The notes under the pieces: model-generated | Database searches by the model: none | What the model saw: only the letters and a program-made list of their open reading frames with translations | What the model was told of the DNA's origin: nothing | Position numbers and translations under genes: made by a program | DNA from: Mobula hypostoma | Lineage: Eukaryota | NCBI RefSeq assembly: GCF_963921235.1 | Contig: NC_086097.1 | Location: forward strand, 215,142,001 to 215,206,000 | DNA length: 64,000 nt | Direction: 5' to 3' | Shown here: one piece after another, positions 51,852 through 64,000 of the stretch | Layout: every line of letters begins with the position of its first letter | Numbering within the stretch: the stretch's first letter is position 1

Positions 51852-52544
51852 TAATACTGGTTACTTCCTGTCCCATGGAAGCAACTCATCTTGGTTTAAA
51901 GGATCTTCTCTGAGTAGGTTTATCCCTCGTGCTTTACATCCTACTAACTAGTGCTCGCTGTTACCACAGTTGTAACAGTGAGTGTGAATTTCCTCACACC
52001 CTCTCTGCTGACAGTGGAAACACTTTCTTGTTCATGGTGAATGAAACTGCTGTGGCAGGCCAGGATATAGATATATTGGGACTGGATACTGTCGTGCAAC
52101 TCCATGCTGCTGTCTTAAAAATGAATAGTTCTGTGGAGCTACTTGGTGTGACTACTGCGCTTCGGACAGCAATCATATGATACTGTTGCATACTGCTGAA
52201 ATGGGAAAAATTTGCTGTTGTGGGGCTGGGTATGACTGAGGAAGAGCAGGTTCAATAAACGGTTTTGTTCAATGCTTGGTCCTCTCTGGAGTTCAGACCT
52301 GACAATGTTTTGCCTCACGGACAATTCAGGCCTCTGGTGGTTGCCGTTATCTCTGTGCTGGGTCCTGCAGCTCAGTGTAATGTATTGTGTGAGTAATCGT
52401 AGCGTCAGAGTGCGTATGACGTCAGGACGTGGAAAAGTAACACTGGAAGTCTGGTGAATAAACGTGGTTGTTCAGTCTACAGCGGTGTCTGAGTCACGTC
52501 AATATTACATGGTGTCAGAAGAAATCGCGAAAAAAAAGAAGAGA

Positions 52545-55500
52545 AGACACGTAAAAGAGATCACAGTTACAGCCACCGTCAAGTTTAAGCCGACAAGGTA
52601 ATCTTGCTGAAAACTGGAAAATATGGATCCAGTAGTTTGAGCTGTTTTGCACCGCTAGCGGCCTAGCTGAAAAGACGGAGAAAGTGCAATGTGCTACGTT
52701 TCTGTATGTGGCGGGAGAAGAGGCAATAAAGGTTTGCAACACGTTTGTCTTGCAAGGTGATGAGCAAGATAAAATTGAAGTGTTGAGAAAAAGTTTCAAG
52801 ATTACTGCAAACCGAGAAAAAAACTACCGTTCATCCGACACCAGTTTTTTACGAGGGCTGAAGGACTAACGGAGACCACAGACGCCTACGTAACAGATTT
52901 GAAGAGCAAGGCAAAAGACTGTGAGTTCGGACAACTGCATGATTCTTTAATACGTGACAGGATTGTATGCGGCATACGAGATGATCAAGTGAGAAGCAGG
53001 CTACTGAGAGAGGCAGATCTTACATTAGAAAAGGCAATTGATATATGCCGTGCCAGCGAGATCACGTCAAGTCAGGTTAAAGTGCTCAATGAAGAGATTG
53101 ACGTGCACAAAATAAACACTGTGAATACTGACAAGAGTAGGACAAAGCCAGCTCCACAGGATGATTAAAAGGAAGTTAATTGCAAAAGGTGTGGTTATAA
53201 ACATGGATACAGAAAATGTCCAGCCTTTGGTCAGACATGCAAGTTATGCCAGAAAAGAAATCATTTTGCAAAGATGTGCAAATCGAAGGAGGATGCAAGG
53301 AAAGTGCATGCTGTGGAACAGAGTGAGGGCAACAGTGACATGTTCGTTGGCACAGTTGAAGTGGAACAGGAGGTATGCATCAAGAGTGTTGACAATGCAG
53401 GGATGGAGGATGAAGATGATTGGATCCAAGATCTGATAATAAACAGGAGGAATGTGACATTTAAGCTTGACACTGGGGCAAAGTGCAATGTAGTGTCAGC
53501 AGAAACATTCAACTCACTGGACATCAGAGGAAGACTGGAAAAATCCACCTGCAAGCTTGTTGCATATTTCGGCCACAAGACGACGCCATTGGGCAAAAAA
53601 GCACTCACCTGTGTGTACAAAGATCAAAAATACAAGATTGAGTTTGAAATAGTACAGCAACATGTTCCAGCAATACTGCGCAAAGCAACGTGCACAAAGC
53701 TAGGCCTGGTGAAGGGAATCTATGGTGTTAAAAAAGAAAATGACATTCTCAAAGACTTGGATGACTTGTTTTCTGGATTAAGATGTTTACCAGGGAAACA
53801 CCATATCCAGATTGATCCAACTATTGCACCAGTCGTGCATGCCCCAAGAAAGATTCCAGTAGCTCTCAGGGATCAAGTAGTGGAGGAGCTACACAGAATG
53901 GAGCAGATGGGAGTCATAACAAGACAAATAGAACTGACCGACTGGGTGAATAGGATGGTGACAGTGGTCACAGAAAAAAAGACGAGGATTTGCATGGATC
54001 CACAAGATCTCAACCAAGTCATCAAAAGAGAGCACTATCCGCTGCTCACGGTTGAAGAGGTTGTCTCCCGCATGCCTAATGCAAAATACTTCTCAGTATT
54101 AGACGCAAACCAAGGCTTCTGGCGGATCAAGTTGGATGAAGAAAGTTCCAAATTATGCACTTTCAACACGCCCATAGGGAGATATCGTTTCCTGCGTCTA
54201 CCCTTTGGGATTTCTTCTGCATCAGAGATATTCCAGAGATCTGTGGCACAAATGATTGAAGACCTGGACGGGGTGGTCAACATCATTGATAATTTGCTGA
54301 TATGGGGTGATACAATTGAGGAACATGATCAGAGACTGAGGAAGCTCCTGGAGAGAGCACGTGAGTACAGCCTAAAACTGAACAAAAGTAAATGTAAGGT
54401 CAGAACTACAGAGATCAAATACATAGGTCACGTACTCAGTGCTGATGGACTAAAACCAGATGATGAAAAGGTCAGAGCTGTGTACAGCTACCACCACCCA
54501 AAGACAAGCAAGAACTATTGAGGTTCATGGGCATGATACAGTATCTTGCCAAATTCATTCCCAACTTATCAGAGGTCAGCGCTCCACTCCGAAAGCTACT
54601 AGAGAGCAACACTGAATGGCATTGGGAAGACAAACAAAAGAAAAGTTTTGACTCATTGAAGCAGTTGGTTACCAATACACCAACACTCAAGTTCTATGAT
54701 GTTAATAAACCAGTGACGATGTCTGTGGATGCCAGTTCGGAGGGAATAGGAGCTGTTATACTGCAGGATGGGAGGCCTGTGGCGTATGGATCACGAGCAC
54801 TTACGGACTGCCAACGCCAATATGCTCAAATTGAGAAGGAATTACTGGCCATAGTTTATGGGTGTGAGAAGTTCCACCAATACGTATATGGCAAAGAAAT
54901 CCAGGATGAGAGTGATCACAAACCACTTGAGAGCATCTTCAAAAAGCCACTCCACCAAGCTCCTATGAGACTGCAATGGATGCTTCTCAGGCTACAGAGG
55001 TACACTCTCATAGTCACCTATAAGTCAGGAAAAGAACTGCACATCGCTGATGCTTTGAGCCATGCTTACCTCAAAGAGCAAAAGGAAGAGTTGCTAGGAA
55101 GAGAGCTGGAGGTCAACTGGGTTACACCTCAGCTACCATCTCTGAGGAGAAGTTGAACATGTTAAGGAAAGTGACTGCAGATGATTCTGAAATGCAAATG
55201 CTAAGAGACATTGCAATGAATGGATGGCCAACAGAAAGAAAAGATGTTCCAAAGGAAATGCAGAAATACTGGACATTTAAAGAGGAAATCAGCTATGCAT
55301 CAGGACTGATGTTCAAAACGGCAAAACTCATCGTACCAAACCAAATGAGACAGGAAACGCTCAACAGGATTCATGAGTCACACCTGGGGATAGTGAAATG
55401 TAAAGAAAGAGCGAGGGACATTCTCTATTGGCCAGGCATGTCAACTCAGATAGAGGACATTTTGTCTCAGTGTGCTGTCTGTAATGAAAACAAAAACAGC

Positions 55501-56367
55501 AATCCCAGAGAGCCTCTGCTTCCCCACCCACTACCAGGAAGACCATGGGAGAAGATTAGCACAGATCTCTTTCACTACAATGGTGCAGAATATCTGCTTT
55601 GTGTGGACTACTATTCAAAATATCCGGAGATCATCAAGTTAAGTGACACGTCCAGTCGAGGTGTCATTACCACAACGAAGTCGACATTCACAAGACATGG
55701 TGTTCCAGATATTGTCGTTAATGACAATGGTCCACAATATGCCAGTGGTGAGTTCAGAGGGTTCTCAGAAAGCTGGGAATTTCAACATGTTACTTCCAGT
55801 CCAGGGCACGCTCAGTCTAATGGACAAGCAGAGAGAACTGTACAAACTGACAAGAACATGCTCAAGAAGGCACAAAGCAGCAACGGTGACCCTTACATCG
55901 CTCTGCTTGAATACCGCAACACACCGATTGAGGGTGTGGGGTTCTCTCCTGCGCAGCTGTTGGTGGGACGTCGTCTGAAGTCCAAACTGCCAACATCCAC
56001 AACTCTACTGACCCTTGAAGGTAATGCTCAAGTACATGACAAGCAAAAGTACAAGCAAATAAAGCAAAAGAGCTACTATGACAGGCATACAAGACAGTTG
56101 CCAGATCGGCAAACTGGTGAAAATGTCAGAGTACAGAGAGGAGACACTTGGCAACCAGCTGTGGTTGTGAACAGACATCAGCAACCAAGATCCTTCATAG
56201 TTTGCACGCTGGATGGAAGAGTCTACAGGAGGAACAGGAAGCATCTGCTGAAGACAGGCGAGAGGGAGTTTCCACGTACAGTTGCACAGGACATTTCCAC
56301 AGATACAGACATGGAAACAAACGACACTAAGAGTGATGCAGACCGCAAAGACACAGTGGTCACTTGA
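52545..56367 (+). pseudogene. gag-pol (PR-RT-RH-INT), frameshifted
   Basis: IRDRIVCG gag; LDTGA; RLPFG...IIDN; DAS...YAQIEKE; HESH...CAVC; DNGPQ, SNGQAE. Confidence 0.9.
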
Positions 56368-56489
56368 GAGACTGACACGGATGAAGGACAAGCACAGTCA
56401 CATTTGTATCACACACGGTCTGGGAGACAAATTAAACTTCCAGCTAGATACAGAGACTAGACATACATACAGTCTCACACAGTTTGAGG

Positions 56490-56946
56490 CAGTAGTAGTA
56501 GTAGTAGTAGTAGTCATACTTTATTGATCCCAGGGGAAATTGGTTTTCGTTACAGTTGCACCATAAATAATAAATAGTAATAGAACCATAAATAGTTAAA
56601 TAGTAATATGTAAATTATACCAGTAAATTATGAAATAAATCCAGGACCAGCCTATCGTCTCAGGGTGTCTGACCCTCCAAGGGAGGAGTTGTAAAGTTTG
56701 AAGGCCACAAGCAGGAATGACTTCCTATGACGCTCTGTGTTGCATCTCGGTGGAATGAGTCTCTGGCTGAATGTACTCCTGTGCCCAACCAGTACATTAT
56801 GTAGTGGATGGGAGACATTGTCCAAGATGGCATGCAACTTAGACAGCATCCTCTTTTCAGACACCACCGTGAGAGAGTCCAGTTCCATCCCTACAACATC
56901 ACTGGCCTTACGAATGAGTTTGTTGATTCTGTTGGTGTCTGCTACC
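56490..56946 (-). mobile_element. Rex1-like LINE 3' fragment with (TAC)n tail, inside the Gypsy element
   Basis: LSKLHAILDNVSHPLH...TERHRKSFL; (GTA)n at ~56491-56514. Confidence 0.8.
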
Positions 56947-58376
56947 CAAAGTCACACATGTTATAAGTTCCAAGGTGTGAAATAAAAGGTTTATTAGTCT
57001 ATGTTAGTAAAAGAAAATACACTGCTGTTAGTATTGTAAGATACAATGCAGAATACAGTACAAGTAGGTAAGTTTTTTTTAGTTTATGTCATAGTTGTTG
57101 CACTGTAAGAAGGGCATACCTAGAGGCATTGCTTTGGTAATTCACACTGTTGTAAAAAAAAATCTTGAGAAGGGGGATGTAATGTATTGTGTGAGTATTC
57201 GTAGCATCAGAGTGTGTATAATGTCAGGACGTGGAAAAGTGAAAATGGAAGTCTGGTGAATAAACGTGGTTGTTCAATCTACAGCAGTGTCCAAGTCACA
57301 TCAATATTACATAGTGTCAGAAGGAGTTGCTCTCATCTCTTGTTTTATATTTGAAACTGAGAAGCATTGTTGTCACACAGGTATGGGCTGTTGAAGTTAC
57401 TCCTTAACCTGTGCAATGTCTTCACTAAGTGTTTTCAACTCTAACACTAGGTCTATATGAGTGCTTTCTATTCGACACTAACGGATGTTCCTCTAACTGC
57501 GCAGGGTTAACCGCGGTAGTGCGGGCTGACCCAGTTGGCTGCTGTTTAGTCTTCCTCTCTGCTTCATTTGCACATGAAGGTTTAGCTTCTCAAATAGTAC
57601 CTCATCTGAAGCTTTGGGATTTACAAGGTATTGCTGGAGATCAATGTGAATACAATCACTTTGTAAACCAGTGAGCACAGTATGCGAAAACATACTCTGC
57701 ACTAAGGACGGACCATATTTCAGACTGGGCTCCCCTTCCTGTGAGGCAAACAGTACTTTCTGCTTCAGATCAAGAACCCGTATTAAGAAACTTTGTGGCA
57801 TCTCTGTACTGCGTTGGACTTCTGCTGTCAGCTACTTATACAGTTCCGTTCCCCCTTTTTCCTGATAATGTCCGTCTAAGGGTAGGCAAGTTCAAGTCTG
57901 ATTTACCCTGAAGATATCCGCACAACTGGAGCCCAGGTATAATCGCTCTGATCACTGCATTGATTACCTCCTCCTCTGGATAGCCTCTGTTTAGGGTGTT
58001 TTCTATCTGGCAAACAAGGCTAGAGAACGACAACTTGTCTTTCTGATCGGGCTCACCAACCTGACCAGATACTTTAAAGTCTTTGCATCATGCTGGTGGG
58101 ACAATTTTCCTCTGAACTAACTGCTGCTAATCACTAGCGTTCATCCTGTTACGAGCTGACCTTTGTATTGAACTGCTGGTTACCGCAATTTCCCTGCTTT
58201 CTTCCTTCATTTCATCACCCACAGCAGTTGTAGCAATCACTAGCTCACTTAACTTTTCTCTACCCTGCAGAAGTTCAGACATGCCACTGTCCTCCAAATT
58301 TCCCAGCTTTCTCTCTTCTCAGATGATCACTTATCAGGGACACGAGTGTCGAACATGTTTTCTTAGCTACGTCCTC

Positions 58377-60790
58377 TCAGAATCAGAATCAGGTTTATTA
58401 TCATCAGCATGTGTCGCGAAATTTGTTAACTTAGCAGCAGCAGTTCAATGCAAAACATAACATAGAAGAAGAAGAAAAAATAAATAAAATAGTAATAATA
58501 AATAAATTACAGTATACATATATTGAATAGATTAAAAATCGTGCAAAAATGTTTAATGCTGAAAAATGTGAAGTGCTACATTTTGCTAGAACTAATCAAA
58601 ATAGGACATACATGGTAAATGGTAGGACATTAAAGAATGCTTTAGAACAGAGAGATCTAGGAATAATGGTGTATAGTTCCCTGAAGGTGGAATCTCATGT
58701 GGATAGGGTGGTGAAGAAAGCTTTTGGTATACTGGCCTTTATTAATCAGCGCATTGAGTATACGAGTTGGGATGTAATGTTGAATTTGTATAAGACATTG
58801 GTAAGGTCAAATCTGGAGTATTGTGTACAGTTCTGGTCACCGAATTATAGGAAGGATGTCAATAAAATTGACAGAGTACAAAGGAGGTTTACGAAAATGT
58901 TGCCTGGGTTTCATCTCCTAAGTTACAGAGAAAGGTTGAACAAGTTAGGTCTTCATTCTTTGGCGCGTAGAAGGTTGAGGGGAGACTTGATAGAGGTGTT
59001 TAAAATTATGAGGGCGATAGATAGAGTTGATGTGGTTAGACTTTTTCCATTGAGAGTGGGGAAGATTCAAACAAGAATTAGAGGACAAAAGTTTAGGGGT
59101 AACATGAGGGGGAACTTCTTTACTCAGAGAGTGGTAGCTGTGTGGAACGAGCTTCCAGCAGAAGTGGTTGAGGCAGGTTGGATGTTGTCAATTAAAGTTA
59201 AATTGGATAGATATATGGACAGGAAAGGAATGGAGGGTTATGGGTTGAATGCAGGTCGGTGGGAATAGGATAGGGTAAGAGTTTGGCACGGATTAGAAGG
59301 GCCGAGATGGCCTGTTTCCGTGCTGTAATTGTTATATGGTTATATGGTTATAAAAAACCCCAGAAATAATATACATTAAAAAATTGAGGTAGTTCTCACA
59401 GGTTTAATGTCCATTTAGGAATCGGATGGCAGAGGGGAAGAAACTGTTCCTGAATCGCTGAGTGTGTGTCTTCAGGCTTCTGTACCTCCTACCTGATGGT
59501 AACAGTGAGAAAAGGGCATGCCCTGGGTGCTGGAGGTCCTTAATAATGGACGCTGCCTTTCTGAGACACCGCTCCTTGAAGGTAACCTGCATACTTTGTA
59601 GGCTAGTACTCAAGATGGAGCCAGCTAAATTTATAACCCTCTGCAACCCCTTTCGGTCCTGTGCAGTAGCCGCCCCCCATTACAGACAGTGAAGCAGCCT
59701 GTCAGAATGCTCTCCACAGTACATCTAAAGAAGTTTTTGAGTGTATTTGTTGACGTACTAAATCTCTTCAAACTCCTAATAAAGTATAGCCGCTGTCTTG
59801 CCTTCTTTATAACTACATCGATATGTTGGGACCAGGTTAGATTCTCAGAGATCTTGGCACCCAGGAACTTGAAACGACTGGCTCTCTCCACTTTTGACCC
59901 CTCAATGAGGATTGGTATGTTTTCTTTCATTTTACCCTTCCTGAAGTCCACGATCAGCTCTTTCATTTTACTGACGTTGAGTGCCAGGTTGTTACTGCGG
60001 CACCATTCCACTAGTTGGCATATCTCACTCCTGCATGCTCTCTCTGAGATTCTACCAACAACGGTTGTATCATCAGCAAATTTATAGATGGTATTTGAGC
60101 TATGCCTAGCCACACAGTCATGTATATATAGAGAGTAGAGCAGTGGGCTAAGCACACACCTCTGAGGTGTACCAGTGTTGATCGTCAGCCAGGAGGAGAC
60201 GTTATCACCAATCCGCACAGGTTGTGGTCTTCCAGTTAGGAAGTCAAGGATCCAATCTCAGAGGGAGGTACAGAGGCCCAGGTTCTGTAACTTCTCAATC
60301 AGGATTGTGGGAATGATGGTATTAAATGCTGAGCTATAGTCGATGAACGGCATCCTGACATAGGTGTTTGTGTTGTGCATGTGGTCTAAAGCTATGTGTA
60401 GAGCCATTGAGATTACATCTGCCATTGACCTATTGTGGGGATAGGCAAATTGCAGTGGGTCCAGATCCTTACTGAGGCAGGAGTTCAATCTAGTCATGAC
60501 CAACCTCTCAAAGCATTTCTTCACTGTAGATGTGAGTGCTACCAGGCGATAGTCAATAAGGCAGCTCACAGTATTCTTCTCAGGCACTGATATAATTGTT
60601 GCCTTTCTGAAGTAATTGGAACTTTCGCCCGTAGCAGTGAGAGGTTGAAAATGTCCTTGAATACTATCAGTTGTTTGGCATAGGTTTTCAGAGCCTTACC
60701 AGGGACCTTCCACCTTGCGAGGGTTCGCCCTCTTTAAAGTCAGCCAAACATCAGCCTCTGAGACAGAGATCATCAGGTGCAGCAGGGAGC
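58377..60790 (-). mobile_element. Rex1/Babar-like LINE split by a CR1 (58550-59350, +)
   Basis: [10 protein letters not shown]...[13 protein letters not shown]; (GATTCT) tail; the CR1 has a (GGTTATAT) tail. Confidence 0.85.
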
Positions 60791-61256
60791 TGAAGGAAAC
60801 TACTGAGTTCTACAGGTAATTTGCACACTTTCTCCTAATTTCTTCTTGGAAGTTCCTAAGCACATCTATTTTCTTTGCCCCTTGGCAGCGGTGCGAGTTA
60901 TTGTGGTGACTGTAACACTAGGTGCTGCTGAGTGGATTTGGCAGCCCCGAGCATTCACTGTGACTCAAGTGCATATACTGCTCCATCAGCTCTCAGCCTC
61001 ACCTTCCTCAATCGACTGCCACACTCTGCTGCTGCTCTATGCGATTAAGAAAAGACTGGGTGTGGCTTGGATGAACCCAGTCTGGCAAGGAGATGTTCCA
61101 CCTGCGCACCTATCTTAGCAGTGCCTCCAAAATTTCATAGTACCCCCGAAAAAGGGAGATATGAATTTACTCCTCAGTAACTTAATGGTGAACGAAAATA
61201 AATTATAGCATATCCAGTAATTGTATAACAAAAGGCAGTGAGAAGTGCATTAAATC

Positions 61257-64000
61257 GATGATTTCAGAGCTAGGCTGCTGAATCGGAGGGACATTAGGAC
61301 CGCGTGTGTCCTTTGTTTCACGGAATCCTGGTTAACCCCTTCCATACCGGATGCAGTGATTCAGATTGGCAGGTTTACTATACACCATCAGGATAGATCT
61401 ATAGAGTCTCTCAAAAGCAGGAGTGGAGGAGTATGCCTCATGATCAACTATTCTTAGTGCACAAATATATCAGTGCTGTCCCAATTCTGCTCACCAGACC
61501 TGGAACATCTAGCAGTTAAGTGCCTTCCTTTTTACCTACTATGGGAGTTTCGGAAGTCATTTTGGTAGCAGTATACATTCCATCTTAGGCCAATATCAAG
61601 CAGGCTTCAGAAGATCTGAGCAATGGGATCAACATGCATGAAACAGCGCATCCTAACGCCTTCACCATTGTTTTGGGAGATTTTAACTAGGCCAGTCTGA
61701 AAAAATCACTAAGTAATTACCATCAACAGATCACTTGCAATACTAAAGGAAGCAACACCATAGAACCATAGAACCATAGAAACTACAGCACAGAAACAGG
61801 CCCTTTGGCCCTTCTTGGCTGTGCCGAACCATTTTCTGCCTAGTCCCACTGACCTGCCCACGGACCATATCCCTCCATACACCTCCCATCCATGTATCTG
61901 TCCAATTTATTCTTAAATGTTAAAAAAGAACCCGCATTTACCACCTCGTCTGGCAGCTCATTCCATACTCCCACCACTCTCTGTGTGAAGAAGCCCCACC
62001 TAATATTCCCTTTAAACTTTTCCCCCCTCACCCTTAACCCATGTCCTCTGGTTTTTTTCTCCCCTTGCCTCAGTGGAAAAAGCCTGCTTGCATTCACTCT
62101 ATCAATACCCATCATAATTTTATATACCTCTATCAAATCTCCCCTCATTCTTCTACGCTCCAGGGAATAAAGTCCTCACCTATTCAACCTTTCTCTGTAA
62201 CTGAGTTTCTCAAGTCCCGGCAACATCCTTGTAAACCTTCTCTGCACTCTTTCAACCTTATTTATATCTTTCCCGTAATTTGGTGAATTTGGTGACCAAA
62301 ACTGAACACAATACTCCAGATTCGGCCTCACCAATGCCTTATACAACCTCATCATAACATTCCAGCTCTTATACTCAATACTTCGACTAATAAAGGCCAA
62401 TGTACCAAAAGCTCTCTTTACGACCCTATCTACCTGTGACGACACTTTTAGGGAATTTTGTATCAGTATTCCCAGATCCCTCTGTTCCACTGCACTCCTC
62501 AGTGCCTTACCATTAACCCTGTATGTTCTACCTTGGTTTGTCCTTCCAACGTGCAATACCTCACACTTGTCAGTATTAAATTCCATCTGCCATTTTTCAG
62601 CCCATTTTTCCAGATGGTCCAAGTCCCTCTGCAGGCTCTGAAAACCTTCCTCACTGTCTACTACACCTCCAATCTTTGTATCATCAGCAAACTTGCTGAT
62701 CCAATTTACCACATTATCATCCAGTTCATTGATATAGATGACAAATAACAATGGACCCAGCACTGATCCCTGTGGCACACCACTAGTCACAGGCCTCCAC
62801 TCAGAGAGGCAATTCTCTACCACCACTGTCTGGCTTCTTCCATCGAGCCAATGTCTAATCCAATTTACCACCTCTCCATGTATACCTAGCGACTGAATTT
62901 TCCTAACTAACCTCCCATGCGGGACCTTGTCAAAGGCCTTACTGAAGTCCATGTAGACAATACATTGGACCATTGCCACATCTCCATCCAGAATGCTTAC
63001 CGTGCTATTCCACGCCCTCACTTCGGGAAGTCTGATCACCTGGCTGTACATCTACTCCTTGAGTATAGGCAGAGACTGAAGACAGCAGCACGGGTAGTGA
63101 GGACCAGGAAGTTATGGACAAGGGAAGTACAGGGGTGCCTACAGGGCTGCTTTGAATCAGTGGACTGGACTGTATTCAGGGATTCATCTTTGAACCTGGA
63201 TGAGTATGCTGAAGTTCTTACCGACTTCATTAAAACCTGTGTGGATGAGTGTGTGGCTACAAAGACTTATTGTACATTCCCAAACCAAAAGCCATAGATG
63301 AACCAGGAGGTATGTCATCTGCTGATGGCTAGATCTGTGGCATTCAAGTCTGGTGACCCAGGCCTGCACCTGAAAACCAAGTGTGATTTGTGGAGGGCTA
63401 TTTCAAGTGCGGAGAGACAATTTCGAATGAGGTTAGAGGCAACATCGGATGTACGGCAACTCTGGCAGGGTGTGCAAGACATTACTTCCTACAAAGCAAA
63501 ACCCAATAGTATGAATGGCAGCGATGCTTCACTACCAGATGAACTCAACACCTTCTATGCACACTTTGAAAGGGAGAACACAACTACAGCTGTGAAGATC
63601 CCTGCTGCATCTGATGACCCTGTGATCTCCATCTCAGAGGCTGATGTCAGCTAGTCAGCTCCATCTTGTCTAGTCAGATCTAGTCAGCTCTATCTTGGGT
63701 ATTGGCTTACAAAGTACCCAGGACATCTTCATGGTGTGGTGTCTCAGTAAGGCAGCATCCATTATTAAGGACCTCCAGCACCAAGGGTATGCCCTTTTCT
63801 CACTGTTACGATCAGGTAGGAGGTACAGAATCCTGAAGCACACACTCAGCGATTCAGGAACAGCTTCTTCCCCTCTGCCATCCGATTCCTAAGTGGACAT
63901 TGAACCCTTGGACACTACCTCACTTTTTTAAAAAATATACAGTATTTCTGTTTTTTGCACGTTTTTTTAATCTAATCAACATATGTATACTGTAATTGAT
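61257..64000 (+). mobile_element. Rex1/Babar-like LINE split by a CR1 (61757-62960, -)
   Basis: CFTESWL, PRPHFGKSDH, LPDELNTFYAHF; CR1 ORF 62176-63051 with FADD. Confidence 0.85.

Larger units (their letters stand above)
52376..57311 (+). mobile_element. Gypsy LTR retrotransposon with short LTRs (Mag/K02A2.6-like), near full length
   Basis: 134-bp LTRs TGTAA...TTACA (52376-52509, 57178-57311); PBS TGGTGTCAGAAG (tRNA-Leu-like); PPT GAGAAGGGGGA. Confidence 0.92.
35876..61256 (-). mobile_element. Old Gypsy LTR retrotransposon fragmented by nested insertions
   Basis: Collinear minus-strand pieces: gag 57312-58376 and 51852-52375; protease 45554-46190; RT 42345-43680 (CVPYLDD); RNase H 41224-42104; integrase 37662-39495. 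LTR-end motif shared by 35876-36015 and 61136-61256; PBS-like TGGAGGCACTGCTAAGAT (61112-61129); PPT-like 36791-36803. Confidence 0.75.

Overview
Vertebrate genomic DNA; the CR1, Penelope and Rex repeat families suggest a cartilaginous fish (inference). The only host gene is the 3' half of the m6A reader YTHDF3 on the + strand: a large YTH-domain exon (<1-1065), a 15-kb last intron, a terminal coding piece ERNRSK* (16076-16096) and a ~2.4-kb AT-rich 3' UTR. The intron holds a young 4.8-kb Gmr1-like LTR retrotransposon with an open SCAN-gag-protease ORF but a gutted pol, and two candidate micro-exons that would change the YTHDF3 C-terminus. Downstream (19-64 kb) is mostly transposon debris: CR1, Rex/Babar, Penelope-like elements carrying hammerhead motifs, Tc1, Tigger and hAT. 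An old minus-strand Gypsy element (~35.9 to >61.2 kb) has been expanded to ~25 kb by nested insertions, including a second Gypsy element, an open 967-aa CR1 ORF2, and a 35-bp minisatellite derived from its own integrase. Boundaries of degenerate repeats are approximate and all counts were made by eye.
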